The notes below the pieces were generated by a model. That model was not told the origin of the DNA. It saw only the letters and a list, made by a program, of their open reading frames with translations, and ran no database searches. DNA of 64,000 bases, taken from positions 218,687 through 282,686 of the forward strand of contig CAYXYU010000002.1 in assembly GCA_964469525.1 (NCBI GenBank), written 5' to 3'. The position numbers were made by a program, and so were the translations under genes. Positions 17,315 through 25,966 of this stretch are shown piece by piece. The stretch comes from an uncultured Rickettsiales bacterium (GTDB lineage Bacteria; Pseudomonadota; Alphaproteobacteria; Rickettsiales; SXRF01). The stretch's first letter is position 1. Each line of letters opens with the position of its first letter.

Positions 17315-17560
17315 CTATGCCCTGGTCACGATTTGATTCAGTCGGGCCGTATACACATGGTCGTTAAGCGTATAGGCGACGCATATGGCATCGTATCCCC
17401 GCAATTCCGGCATGGCTTGAATGTGAACAAGATTCCTGGCCAGGATTTCCCTGTGCTGAGTAAACTCATCGTCAGAGATCTGATATTTTTGTCTGATAGT
17501 GGAAACAAAGTTATCAATATTTTCTTGTTCTAACGGAAGAAGCATATCATAATACAGCAT
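17315..17560 (-). CDS. Hypothetical protein (81 aa)
   Basis: The ORF fits tightly between the alpA-like gene and the primase module, and a GAAAGG lies upstream. I recognise no motif. Confidence 0.45.
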   Translation of the reverse strand: MLYYDMLLPLEQENIDNFVSTIRQKYQISDDEFTQHREILARNLVHIQAMPELRGYDAICVAYTLNDHVYTARLNQIVTRA

Positions 17561-17573
17561 GTTAATACCTTTC

Positions 17574-17600
17574 TGCCGCTCACCAGAGCGGCATTTTTTT
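17574..17600 (+). terminator. Intrinsic-terminator-like hairpin plus T7, oriented on the + strand
   Basis: TGCCGCTC (17574-17581) pairs with GAGCGGCA (17586-17593) around a 4-nt loop, followed by TTTTTTT (17594-17600). Confidence 0.5.
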
Positions 17601-17608
17601 GTTCTTAA

Positions 17609-17815
17609 TTAGGATTTGTTTTCGTTTTGCCGGAGTAAGTTGCGGATATCGTCAATCCGCCACATGGCTATGTTGGGACCAAGTTTGACCGGTTTGGGGA
17701 ACCGACCGCTTTTAACGCCAGCCCACCAGGTGGATTTGGAAACGGGAATGATCTCGAGCACCTGAGGAAGTCTTAGGTGATTCGACAAGGGATAATTATG
17801 CGATTCGTTATTCAT
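17609..17815 (-). CDS. alpA: AlpA-family (MerR-like HTH) regulator/excisionase
   Basis: The sequence LRLPQVLEIIPVSKSTWWAGVKSGRFPKPVKLGPNIAMWRIDDI is AlpA-like. I moved the start to ATG 17815, which is preceded by AGGAGG; the track ORF extends to 17893. Confidence 0.75.
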   Translation of the reverse strand: MNNESHNYPLSNHLRLPQVLEIIPVSKSTWWAGVKSGRFPKPVKLGPNIAMWRIDDIRNLLRQNENKS

Positions 17816-17885
17816 ACTAACCTCCTTCGTAGTGAATGCGGTCAGTATGAATTGGATCGGACTTAGAAGATTCCGGTTAGCCGGG

Positions 17886-18812
17886 CTAACCACCCCTTTT
17901 ATTTTTCAAGCGTTTGTTTTCCGGATCAAATTTTTTGATCCAACCGGCTATAGTTTTTGGTCCTTCACCCTCGCTGAGGGGACAAGGATCAAATTCATTA
18001 ATTAGCTGATGGTAAATAACCCCTGCTGCAGAGGCCCTACTTTTCCACTCTTTTTTGCTATTATAAATTTCCTCTGATCTTTGTTTTAGGGCGTCTTGTT
18101 CTTTATGCCGCTTATTACCTCCGCTGGCTTGAGCTTCCTTTTTTCCCTTTTCTATAAGCAGTTTTCGAATTTCCAGCTCATAGATATCCTGCACTAATTT
18201 TAGCGCCTTTCTGGCGTCTACCAACAGATTGGCAGTATCAGCTGCCATGTGGTTCTGTATTGCAAGGAGAGCTCTATCAATCTTCCACAATGCAAACGCT
18301 GATAAGAGATGAGCATCTTTATAGGTATTGTCAGATTTTTTGTTGAAATCGTCTGGCCTTAGTATTCTGAAAAGAATATGCGCATCATTCCAGCCCAATC
18401 TTTCCCCTAAAGGATGGGGCAGAATCCATTCATCCTGGTCAATTAGCTGCCTTAAATGATCGCAGCAAAAAAGCACTGCTTCTTCAAAATCGCTACGCTC
18501 TCTTTTAAAAGCCTGGAACATTGTAACAGTAAATCCATGGACTATGGGGACTCCAGTTTTCTCAGACTTTGCTTGGATTTTTGCGTTATGAAAGCCGTAT
18601 CTTTTTCTAATCTCCGAGTCATAACTATCGGCTCTGGTAAAATATGCCAAAGCGGTATTTGCATCATCTAAAAGTGCAGTTGCCCCCTCTATTTTAAATA
18701 CGGGATTATTCTGATAGCCCCTGACTTCCGTATAATCCGACGGATCAAAGGTAATAAAACAGGACTTATTCTTGTCCAGACACAGGCCATAGAGATCAGC
18801 TTTTGTGGTCAT
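17886..18812 (-). CDS. Hypothetical protein (308 aa)
   Basis: It is a long ORF between int and alpA with AT-rich island-like codon usage. I recognise no motif. The C-terminal third is Lys/Glu-rich. Confidence 0.55.
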   Translation of the reverse strand: MTTKADLYGLCLDKNKSCFITFDPSDYTEVRGYQNNPVFKIEGATALLDDANTALAYFTRADSYDSEIRKRYGFHNAKIQAKSEKTGVPIVHGFTVTMFQAFKRERSDFEEAVLFCCDHLRQLIDQDEWILPHPLGERLGWNDAHILFRILRPDDFNKKSDNTYKDAHLLSAFALWKIDRALLAIQNHMAADTANLLVDARKALKLVQDIYELEIRKLLIEKGKKEAQASGGNKRHKEQDALKQRSEEIYNSKKEWKSRASAAGVIYHQLINEFDPCPLSEGEGPKTIAGWIKKFDPENKRLKNKRGG

Positions 18813-18825
18813 GGCCTGTTCTCCG

Positions 18826-20025
18826 CTATTTTCCTTTGCGAGCCGTGTCGAGATAGTCAGCCCACCACTGCATCATCTTGGCCCGTTCGGGGAGGTACTG
18901 CGCATAGTTGTAGGCAGCGCGCACCTGGTCGCGTTCGCAGTGGGCCAGTTGCCGTTCGATCACGTCGGCGTTGAAGCCGTTTTCATTCAGGATCGTTGAG
19001 GCTGTGGAGCGGAAGCCGTGGCCCACGGTCTTTCCCTTGTAGCCCATGACTTCAATCGCACGCAGGAATGTGTTCTCGCTGAGAGGATGGCGCGGATTGT
19101 TCTGGCTTGGGAAGATATAGCCAGCATAGCTGTCGCCGGTGATCTTCTGCGTCTCCTTGAGGATTTTAAGACTCTGTTTGGAGAGCGGGACGATATGCGG
19201 TTCCTTCACCTTCATGCGCTCAGCAGGGATTTTCCACTGTTTCTTTTCCCAGTCGATTTCTTCCCATTTGCCTTTACGGATCTCGCCGCTACGCAGGAAG
19301 GTGAGGATCAGCAACTGGAACGCCAGCCTGGTGATCGGCTTGCCGCGATATTCTGCTTCGTACTGGTCGAGTTTCCTTAGGAAGTCGGGCAACTCCTTTT
19401 CCTTGAGGGAAGGATGGTTTTTGCTTTTGACCGGCTTGAGCGCGCCTCTGAGATCGGCAGTGATGTCGCGCTCGGCACGGCCGGTGGCAACTGCGTAACG
19501 GAATATCTGGCCGCAGGTTTGCATGATCCGGTGGGTAAGGTCGTAGGCTTCCTTGTTTTCGACTTTGCGGAGGGCAGCCAGCAGCTCAGGGGCTGTTACC
19601 ACCTTGACAGGGTGGGAACCTATGTACGGAAAAACGTACACTTCCAGCCGCTTCAGAATGTTTCCACCGTGTTTGGTCTTCCACGTGTGGAGTTTTTGCT
19701 GGTGCCACTCACGGGCAATGTTTTCAAAGGTGTTCTCGTATTCGGCCTGCTGGACCAGCTTAGCCTGCTGCTTGATGAACGAGGGATCCTGGCCGTTATC
19801 GAGCAGCTTCTTGGCTTCTTCACGTCGTTCCCTGGCCTCTACCAGGCTGACGCGGGGATAAACCCCCAGCGCCAGGAGCTTCTCTTTGCCGTGGAAGCGG
19901 TATTTCAGCTTCCAGTAACGGCCGCCGGTCGGCTTGATGAGGAGATAAAGACCCCCACCATCAAAGAGCTTCTGGCTTTTGCTGGCAGGCTTGGTTTTCT
20001 TGCAGGCGGTATCGGTAAGTTTCAT
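18826..20025 (-). CDS. int: Tyrosine recombinase, P4-type integrase with DUF4102-like N-terminal domain
   Basis: The N-terminus is LTDTACKK..GGGLYLLIKPTGGRYWKLKYRFHGKEKLLALGVYP. The catalytic residues are LTFLRSGEIR, HGFRSTAST and RAAYNYAQY. Confidence 0.92.
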   Translation of the reverse strand: MKLTDTACKKTKPASKSQKLFDGGGLYLLIKPTGGRYWKLKYRFHGKEKLLALGVYPRVSLVEARERREEAKKLLDNGQDPSFIKQQAKLVQQAEYENTFENIAREWHQQKLHTWKTKHGGNILKRLEVYVFPYIGSHPVKVVTAPELLAALRKVENKEAYDLTHRIMQTCGQIFRYAVATGRAERDITADLRGALKPVKSKNHPSLKEKELPDFLRKLDQYEAEYRGKPITRLAFQLLILTFLRSGEIRKGKWEEIDWEKKQWKIPAERMKVKEPHIVPLSKQSLKILKETQKITGDSYAGYIFPSQNNPRHPLSENTFLRAIEVMGYKGKTVGHGFRSTASTILNENGFNADVIERQLAHCERDQVRAAYNYAQYLPERAKMMQWWADYLDTARKGK

Positions 20026-20034
20026 GGCTAAAAA

Positions 20035-20077
20035 AGAACCCCCATCTTTAAAACCGAACCCCCAGAAAGAACCCCCA
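20035..20077. promoter_or_regulatory. Three direct copies of GAACCCCCA between int and the tRNA (candidate arm-type recombinase/Xis binding sites)
   Basis: The copies lie at 20036-20044, 20056-20064 and 20069-20077. The first and third are both preceded by A. Confidence 0.45.
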
Positions 20078-20095
20078 CATTATTCGGATTGGGTC

Positions 20096-20173
20096 GGAGT
20101 GCATCGGTATGGATAGGGCTATTTTATAGCCTGTACTGCTTGAAAAGTCTAGTGTTTTTGGAGTGCATCGATA
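20096..20173. repeat. Direct repeat GGAGTGCATCG(G/A)TA, two copies 64 bp apart in the att-proximal region
   Basis: Copies lie at 20096-20109 and 20160-20173, with 13 of 14 positions identical. Confidence 0.5.
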
Positions 20174-20191
20174 CGCATCGGCCCGAAGGCT

Positions 20192-20266
20192 TGGCGACCC
20201 CTACGGGAATCGAACCCGTGTTCCCACCGTGAAAGGGTGGTGTCCTAACCGCTAGACGAAGGGGTC
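20192..20266 (-). tRNA. tRNA-Glu (anticodon UUC)
   Basis: The reverse complement reads GACCCCTTCGTCTAGCGGTTAGGACACCACCCTTTCACGGTGGGAACACGGGTTCGATTCCCGTAGGGGTCGCCA. It folds as a cloverleaf with a 7-bp acceptor stem, anticodon loop CTTTCAC and an encoded CCA. It is close to E. coli tRNA-Glu. Confidence 0.93.
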
Positions 20267-20474
20267 AGCGATGCCGGGTACGGTAATCGGCCGGCGGGCT
20301 GCAAAAAGAAGCGTACTATCGGCAGGTGAGCCCGCTTAGTCAATAAAAAACTGATTGATTCTCGTGCGGTGGTCGTAAATGCAGACTTATTGCGCGCGTC
20401 ATGAATCAATGCTTGATTTCGTGGCCCAAAACCTTAACAATTCTCCTTATACTCCGAAAGTATCGCAGGATTCC

Positions 20475-21032
20475 ATGCTGGCCATGCAATATTCCATTCT
20501 TTTGCCCGTGGGGTACGATCCGGCCCTGATCCGGGCCCGCGTCGAGGCGCGCAAATCCCTGTTCGACGCCCATGGGGGGCTTGTGCATAAATCCTTTCTC
20601 TATAACGAGCAGGACCATCTGTACGCGCCGTTTTATGTGTGGAAGGATCTGGAGCAGGCGCAGAATTTCCTGCTCGATGATTTATTCCACGGCGTGGTTG
20701 AAACTTTCAGCCGCTGCCGCGTGCGTAGCTGGTGGGTCGTCAATATGGCCTACGGCAACCGCAAGACCACGCCCGCTTTTGCCCGGCGCGAGGTCGATGT
20801 TATCCCGTCCGAGGCCAGGCTCGACACATTCGTGCAGTACGAAAAGAACTTACAGGCAGAGACGCTGAACGATCCCAACCTTTATATGCATGTCGCCGCG
20901 TTCGATGCCGACCGCTGGGAAATCCTGAGGTTTTCCCTATGGAAAGATAAGGCCAGCGCCGCCAAGCCCGCCAGCGACTCCTACTTGGAATACGAGGTGC
21001 TGCATGTGTCCGAGCCGATTAGCTTTTCTTAA
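20475..21032 (+). CDS. DUF4865-like protein
   Basis: MLAMQYSILLPVGYDPALIRARVEA... resembles the N-terminus of the DUF4865 family as I recall it. The track ORF starts further upstream at 20379, so the start is uncertain. Confidence 0.5.
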   Translation: MLAMQYSILLPVGYDPALIRARVEARKSLFDAHGGLVHKSFLYNEQDHLYAPFYVWKDLEQAQNFLLDDLFHGVVETFSRCRVRSWWVVNMAYGNRKTTPAFARREVDVIPSEARLDTFVQYEKNLQAETLNDPNLYMHVAAFDADRWEILRFSLWKDKASAAKPASDSYLEYEVLHVSEPISFS

Positions 21033-21064
21033 GCCTGAACGAGTTAGAAAAACTACCGTTCCGA

Positions 21065-21084
21065 TTCCCCGCCTTCGCGGGGAT
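21065..21084 (-). repeat. GC-rich palindromic repeat (variant of the CATTCCCGCGAAGGCGGGAATC family)
   Basis: The stem is TCCCCGC/GCGGGGA with loop CTTC. It lies in a convergent intergenic region, next to the 12-bp palindrome CTCCGGCCGGAG (21088-21099). Confidence 0.6.
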
Positions 21085-21145
21085 AAACTCCGGCCGGAGC
21101 CTCATGCCACGAACGGCGCAGTAACTGGATCCCGGCTTTACTGAA

Positions 21146-21646
21146 TTAATACCCGCTACTGCTGCGCGGACGGCGCCCCGGTGCGATCGTATCCCCGCCC
21201 GCCTTGTTGAAGCGGCCGATATTTCCCAGTACTTGCTCGACGAAGCCCAGCGTATGGCCTTCGGTGGGAGTAATGCGCTTGGCCAGCTTGACGTCCTTGC
21301 CGTCGCCTTCGTCGAAATACTCCACGCTGCGAACAACACCCGCCTTGTCAAAGGCAATGCACACCACCTCCCGGTCCACCACGTCAGGCTTCAGGAAGGC
21401 AGTGGCTTCCTTGCGGTCAGTGATGTAGTACCAGGTTTCCTCGCCGAAGCTGGATTGTGAAGAGGGTGAGCCGAGCTTGTGAAGCACCTCTTCACGCAGG
21501 GTTTGCCCTACGATTATCTGCTCCTTGATCTTTCCTGTTTTGACATAGCCACCGTTATTGACCTTGGGCGCGCAGCCGGCAGAAAATGCCGCCAGACCAG
21601 CCAGCAGCAGAAGGGAGGGCAATCTAAGTATAGGAAATTGTTTCAT
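21146..21646 (-). CDS. bamE: Outer membrane protein assembly factor BamE (SmpA/OmlA lipoprotein)
   Basis: It has the lipobox LAAFSAGC and the BamE-like segment GQTLREEVLHKLGSPSSQSSFGEETWYYI. Confidence 0.75.
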   Translation of the reverse strand: MKQFPILRLPSLLLLAGLAAFSAGCAPKVNNGGYVKTGKIKEQIIVGQTLREEVLHKLGSPSSQSSFGEETWYYITDRKEATAFLKPDVVDREVVCIAFDKAGVVRSVEYFDEGDGKDVKLAKRITPTEGHTLGFVEQVLGNIGRFNKAGGDTIAPGRRPRSSSGY

Positions 21647-21807
21647 AAAAATTATTTTCCGCCTTACGCATTAGCCGTAGGTTAGCGCATAACGCCGGGA
21701 AAGGCAAACTGCTACAAAAAAGCTTATTTCCCTTTAATTTTTGCGCAATTAACGTTAGAAAGGAGCGCTGTTATTCAACCGGCTGCGGACGGTAAGGGGA
21801 TTGATGA

Positions 21808-23124
21808 ATGGATAAAATTCGCATTACGGGCGGTGTGCCGCTTAAGGGAAGCATCGTCATCAGTGGCGCCAAGAACGCCGCGCTGCCGCTGATGACGGCA
21901 TCGCTCCTCACGGGGAATAAACTGACACTCTCCAACGTGCCGTACCTGGCAGATATCGTGACCATGGCGAAGCTGCTGGCGCAGCATGGCGTCTCGCTGT
22001 CGATGAACGGCGAGGGCGGGGAAGGGTTCAGCAGCGGACGTGTACTGATGCTCGACGCTTCCGGCGTGGATAATTTTACAGCGCCGTACGATCTGGTGCG
22101 CACCATGCGCGCTTCGGTGCTGGTGCTGGGGCCGCTGCTGGCGCGCTTCGGCGAAGCGAAAGTGTCGCTGCCGGGCGGCTGCGCCATCGGCACCCGTCCA
22201 ATCGACATGCACTTAAAGGCGCTCGAGGAGATGGGCGCAGCGATCGAGCTGAAAGACGGTTATATCCATGCGCAGGTCCAGGGGCGGCTGAAGGGGACTG
22301 CCATCCATTTCGACAAGGTGTCGGTCGGTGCTACGGAGAATATCCTGATGGCAGCCTGCCTGGCAGAAGGCGAGACTGTCATTACTAACGCCGCCCGCGA
22401 ACCGGAAGTCGCCGATCTTGCCCAATGCCTGCAGAAAATGGGCGCGCGTATCGAAGGTATCGGCACCGACGAGTTGCGCATCGAGGGCGTGGCGCGTCTG
22501 CAGGGCTGCGAGCACAGTGTCGTTGCCGACCGTATCGAGGCCGGGACATTTGCCGCCGCCGCCGCCATTACCGGCGGTGATGTCGAACTGATCGGCGCGC
22601 GTGCCGAGCTGATGCAGGCGGTGATCGAGAAGCTGCAGGCGGCAGGCATCGAAATCAGCGAAACGCCGCGCGGTCTGCGGGTGAAAGGCCCGGAGGGGCG
22701 AATTCAGGGTATCGACGTGCTGACACAGCCTTATCCCGGTTTCCCGACCGACATGCAGGCGCAGTTGATGGCTCTTTTATCAGTGGCTGACGGCGCATCG
22801 ATGGTCACCGAGACCATTTTTGAAAATCGCTTCATGCATGTGCCGGAACTGTCGCGCATGGGCGCCAACGTCGTTGTGCACGGCGCATCGGCAATGATCC
22901 GCGGTGTACCGGAGATAACCGGGGCCGAGGTGATGGCGACCGATCTCCGCGCTTCCGTCTGCCTGGTTATCGCGGCACTGGCAGCCAAGGGGGAAACCAT
23001 TATCCACCGTGTCTATCACCTTGACCGCGGCTACGAGCGGCTGGAAGAAAAGCTGGCTGGGTGCGGTGCCCGTATCGAGCGTCTCGGTGGCGGCCCGAAA
23101 GCCCGGCTGATTGAGGCAGCGTAA
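21808..23124 (+). CDS. murA: UDP-N-acetylglucosamine 1-carboxyvinyltransferase
   Basis: It shows full-length similarity to MurA, beginning [29 protein letters not shown]. Confidence 0.95.
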   Translation: MDKIRITGGVPLKGSIVISGAKNAALPLMTASLLTGNKLTLSNVPYLADIVTMAKLLAQHGVSLSMNGEGGEGFSSGRVLMLDASGVDNFTAPYDLVRTMRASVLVLGPLLARFGEAKVSLPGGCAIGTRPIDMHLKALEEMGAAIELKDGYIHAQVQGRLKGTAIHFDKVSVGATENILMAACLAEGETVITNAAREPEVADLAQCLQKMGARIEGIGTDELRIEGVARLQGCEHSVVADRIEAGTFAAAAAITGGDVELIGARAELMQAVIEKLQAAGIEISETPRGLRVKGPEGRIQGIDVLTQPYPGFPTDMQAQLMALLSVADGASMVTETIFENRFMHVPELSRMGANVVVHGASAMIRGVPEITGAEVMATDLRASVCLVIAALAAKGETIIHRVYHLDRGYERLEEKLAGCGARIERLGGGPKARLIEAA

Positions 23125-23774
23125 TGGCTCCCTCAGGCTTGGTCATCGCCATTCCCAAGGGACGTATCCAGCAGGAGCTGGCACCGCTTCTGCATAAGGT
23201 CGGCATCATTCCTGAACCGGCGTTTTTTGACGAGGACGAGCGCCAGCTGCAGTTTGCCTGCAAGAATTCGAATATCACGCTGATCCGCGTGCGCAGCTTC
23301 GACGTCGCAACTTTTGTCGCCTTCGGCGCGGCACAGCTTGGCATTGCCGGATCGGACGTGCTGATGGAGTTCGATTACCCCGACCTCTATGCGCCGCTAG
23401 ATCTGGGCATCGGCAAATGTCGTCTGTGTATGGCGGGACCGGAAAACGCTCGTGCTGACTTCGAGCGCTTGAGCCATGTGCGCATCGCCACCAAATATCC
23501 GGGCGTTACTCGCCGGTATTTTGCCGAACGGGGCATCCAGGCCGAATGCATCAAGTTGAGCGGCGCGATGGAGTTGGCGCCCCGCCTGGAGCTGGCGCCT
23601 TATATCGTCGATCTGGTGAGCAGCGGACGCACGCTGAAAGCCAACGGTCTGCGCGAGATCGATACGATTGCCGGCGTGTCATCCCGTCTGATTGTCAACC
23701 GCGCTGCTTTCAAGACGCGCCCCGAGATGGGTGGGTTAATCGACAGGTTCCGCGGAGCCATTAATGGTGCTTAG
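23124..23774 (+). CDS. hisG: ATP phosphoribosyltransferase, short form
   Basis: [16 protein letters not shown] and [14 protein letters not shown] are HisG-like. The length (216 aa) is typical of the HisZ-dependent short form. Confidence 0.88.
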   Translation: MAPSGLVIAIPKGRIQQELAPLLHKVGIIPEPAFFDEDERQLQFACKNSNITLIRVRSFDVATFVAFGAAQLGIAGSDVLMEFDYPDLYAPLDLGIGKCRLCMAGPENARADFERLSHVRIATKYPGVTRRYFAERGIQAECIKLSGAMELAPRLELAPYIVDLVSSGRTLKANGLREIDTIAGVSSRLIVNRAAFKTRPEMGGLIDRFRGAINGA

Positions 23775-25083
23775 GCTCGACACACGGAAGAGAGATTTTC
23801 CCGCTGCCTTCGCGCGATTTCTGAAGCTGCGCGCCGAGGCGTCCGCGCAGATCGGGCCAGACGTTGCAAAAATCATTGCCAGGGTACACAGGGAAGGGGA
23901 TAAGGCGTTGCTCGCCTATACCAAACGGTTCGACTCCTTCGATGCCACGGTAAAGACCCTCCGGGTTAGCACTTCCGAAATTCAGGCGGCAGTACGCATA
24001 TGCCGACCGGAGCTGATGAAGGCGCTGAAAGTGGCGGCGACACGCATCCGCGATTACAGCCGCAAGCAGCTGCCGAAGGACCTGGATTATACCGATGCGG
24101 AAGGCGTGCGCCTCGGGCACCGCTGGAATGCCATCGATGCGGTGGGAATTTATGTCCCAGGCGGGCAGGCGGCCTATTCCAGCTCAGTGCTGATGAATGC
24201 CGTGCCGGCGCGCGTGGCGGGCGTCAAGCGAATCGCCATGGCGGTGCCGGCGCCGAAGGGCAAGCTCAACCCGGCGATTCTGGCGGCAGCACAGGTAGCG
24301 GGCATCGACGAGATCTATAAGATCGGCGGCGCGCAGGCGGTTGCCGCGCTGGCTTATGGCACGCAGACTATCAAGCCGGTCGATAAGATCGTTGGTCCCG
24401 GCAATGCCTGGGTTGCCGAGGCCAAGCGGCAGGTGTTCGGGCAAGTCGGTATTGACATGGTCGCCGGTCCTTCGGAAATACTGGTGATTGCCGATAATAA
24501 AAACGATCCAGCCTGGATCGCCGCCGACCTGCTGTCGCAGGCCGAGCATGATGCGCAATCGCAGTCGATCCTCATCACGGATGACGCCCGATTTGCCGAT
24601 GCGGTAGAGGGGCAGGCGTCGCAGTATCTGAGCACGCTGCCGCGCCGCGAAATTGCCGGCGAGTCGTGGAAAAAATACGGCGTCGTGATCCTGGCGCGCG
24701 ATTGGGAGGAGGCATGTACGCTGGCCAACGACATCGCACCCGAGCATCTCGAGCTGGCGGTGGAGAAGCCGGAAGCGCTGCTGCCGCTGATCCGCCACGC
24801 CGGGGCGATTTTTCTGGGCCGCCATACGCCCGAGGCGATTGGCGACTATATGGCGGGGCCGTCGCATGTGCTGCCTACTTCCCGCAACAGCCGCTTCTCC
24901 TCCGGCCTGTCGGTGTTCGATTTCCTGAAGCGCACCTCGCTGATCGGCTGCACGCCGCCGTCGCTGGCCAAACTGGGGCCGCATGCCGAAGTGCTGGCCG
25001 CCGCCGAAGGGCTGGACGCGCACGCGCTCTCAGTCTCCGTCCGCCGCTCATCCTCCTTCGCCAAGGCTTCGGAGGACGGGTGA
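23764..25083 (+). CDS. hisD: Histidinol dehydrogenase
   Basis: It contains the HisD signatures [28 protein letters not shown] and [10 protein letters not shown]. Confidence 0.93.
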   Translation: MVLRLDTRKRDFPAAFARFLKLRAEASAQIGPDVAKIIARVHREGDKALLAYTKRFDSFDATVKTLRVSTSEIQAAVRICRPELMKALKVAATRIRDYSRKQLPKDLDYTDAEGVRLGHRWNAIDAVGIYVPGGQAAYSSSVLMNAVPARVAGVKRIAMAVPAPKGKLNPAILAAAQVAGIDEIYKIGGAQAVAALAYGTQTIKPVDKIVGPGNAWVAEAKRQVFGQVGIDMVAGPSEILVIADNKNDPAWIAADLLSQAEHDAQSQSILITDDARFADAVEGQASQYLSTLPRREIAGESWKKYGVVILARDWEEACTLANDIAPEHLELAVEKPEALLPLIRHAGAIFLGRHTPEAIGDYMAGPSHVLPTSRNSRFSSGLSVFDFLKRTSLIGCTPPSLAKLGPHAEVLAAAEGLDAHALSVSVRRSSSFAKASEDG

Positions 25084-25547
25084 CCAACCGCATCGTCAAA
25101 TTCTTGCTCGATGAGGGCAGTATCAAAAAGCGTTCCATGGAGGCCGAGCACGAAAAAACCGTCGCCATCACCGATCTGCTGCATGAAAACAGCTTTCAGC
25201 CGCTCTGCATGCAGGGCGGGCCGTACGAGGTGGTACTGGGCGTTTCCGAGGGAAGGCTGGTATTCGACATTACATCCCAGACCGGGGAGCAGGCGAAGGC
25301 GGCCCTTGCCATCAAGCCGATGCGCGGGATCATCCGCGATTATTTCCTGATCTGCGAGAGCTATTACGAGGCGTTGAAAGCCCGGGCCGCCACTCCCGGC
25401 AGGATCGAGGCCATCGATATGGGACGGCGCGGCGTCCATAACGAGGGCTCGGAGGAGCTGATGAAGCTGCTGAAAGGGCGGATTCAGGTCGATTTCCCTA
25501 CCGCCCGGCGGCTGTTTACGCTCATTTGCGTGTTGCATATCAAATAG
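25080..25547 (+). CDS. UPF0262 family protein
   Basis: A GTG start overlaps the hisD stop. The sequence (IVKFLLDEGSIKKRSMEAEHEKTVAITDLLHENSF) and its position after hisD match the alphaproteobacterial UPF0262 pattern. The longer track ORF (24666) is a GC-shadow extension. Confidence 0.7.
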   Translation: MTNRIVKFLLDEGSIKKRSMEAEHEKTVAITDLLHENSFQPLCMQGGPYEVVLGVSEGRLVFDITSQTGEQAKAALAIKPMRGIIRDYFLICESYYEALKARAATPGRIEAIDMGRRGVHNEGSEELMKLLKGRIQVDFPTARRLFTLICVLHIK

Positions 25548-25658
25548 GTGTTAGCTTTTAGGTGTTAGGTTTTAGCAATTAATATATTGGCCTTTTATGA
25601 TTTTATGTTAGAACCTCAATACCTAAAACCTAATACCTAATACCTGAAAGCTAAAACC
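25547..25658. repeat. AT-rich imperfect inverted repeat built from AGGTGTTAG(C/G)TTTT-type units flanking a 44-bp spacer
   Basis: The left arm is 25547-25576 and the right arm 25621-25658. CTAAAACCTAATACCT on the right matches the reverse complement of AGGTGTTAGGTTTTAG at 15 of 16 positions. Confidence 0.6.
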
Positions 25659-25666
25659 TGGACCCT

Positions 25667-25885
25667 ATGGCTAAAGAAGAACTGCTCGAATTCCCCGGCG
25701 TCGTCACCGAACTGCTCCCGAACGCCATGTTCCGCGTCACGCTGGAAAACGGCCACGTCGTCATCGCCCACACGTCCGGCCGCATGCGCAAGAACCGCAT
25801 TCGTGTGCTGGCCGGCGACAAGGTGATCGTCGAAATGACACCCTATGACCTCACCAAGGGGCGGATCAAGTTCAGAGAGAAATGA
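25667..25885 (+). CDS. infA: Translation initiation factor IF-1
   Basis: The 72-aa product [53 protein letters not shown] is IF-1. Confidence 0.96.
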   Translation: MAKEELLEFPGVVTELLPNAMFRVTLENGHVVIAHTSGRMRKNRIRVLAGDKVIVEMTPYDLTKGRIKFREK

Positions 25886-25920
25886 CGGTAAGCCTTGGCA
25901 GCTTCGCTGCTTAGGCTCCC

Positions 25921-25944
25921 GTCATCCCCGCGCGGGCGGGGATC
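25921..25944 (+). repeat. GC-rich palindromic repeat GTCATCCCCGCGCGGGCGGGGATC
   Basis: It has an 8-bp stem (ATCCCCGC/GCGGGGAT) with a 4-nt loop and belongs to the same family as 31954, 58544 and 62651. Confidence 0.65.
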
Positions 25945-25966
25945 TGTTGCAACAAGACGGATAACC

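Larger units (their letters stand above)
1..20191. mobile_element. Integrated genomic island (partial; left end beyond window) with int-alpA-primase backbone and defence cargo, abutting the 3' end of tRNA-Glu
   Basis: An integrase gene lies 166 bp from the tRNA 3' end. Composition switches sharply at about 20.2 kb, from AT-richer on the left to GC-rich on the right. All cargo is accessory-type (R-M, MTases, primase). No second copy of the tRNA 3' end was found inside the window. Confidence 0.7.

Noticed and set aside
1-20191. Search for the distal att direct repeat of the tRNA-Glu 3' end inside the window
   Set aside because: No convincing copy was seen by eye in the intergenic regions (5711-5854, 13374-13860, 14703-14842, 17561-17608). 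A computational search is needed, so I report the island as open-ended rather than inventing a boundary.
21771-22212. Two 145-aa minus-strand ORFs overlapping the murA 5' region
   Set aside because: They are opposite a full-length MurA and have no motifs.
24184-25547. Long overlapping ORFs (24184..25023 -, 24666..25547 +, 24846..25538 -) across the hisD end and the UPF0262 gene
   Set aside because: Only the hisD frame and the last 155 codons of 24666..25547 (from GTG 25080) carry recognisable protein sequence. The rest is GC-driven open frame.
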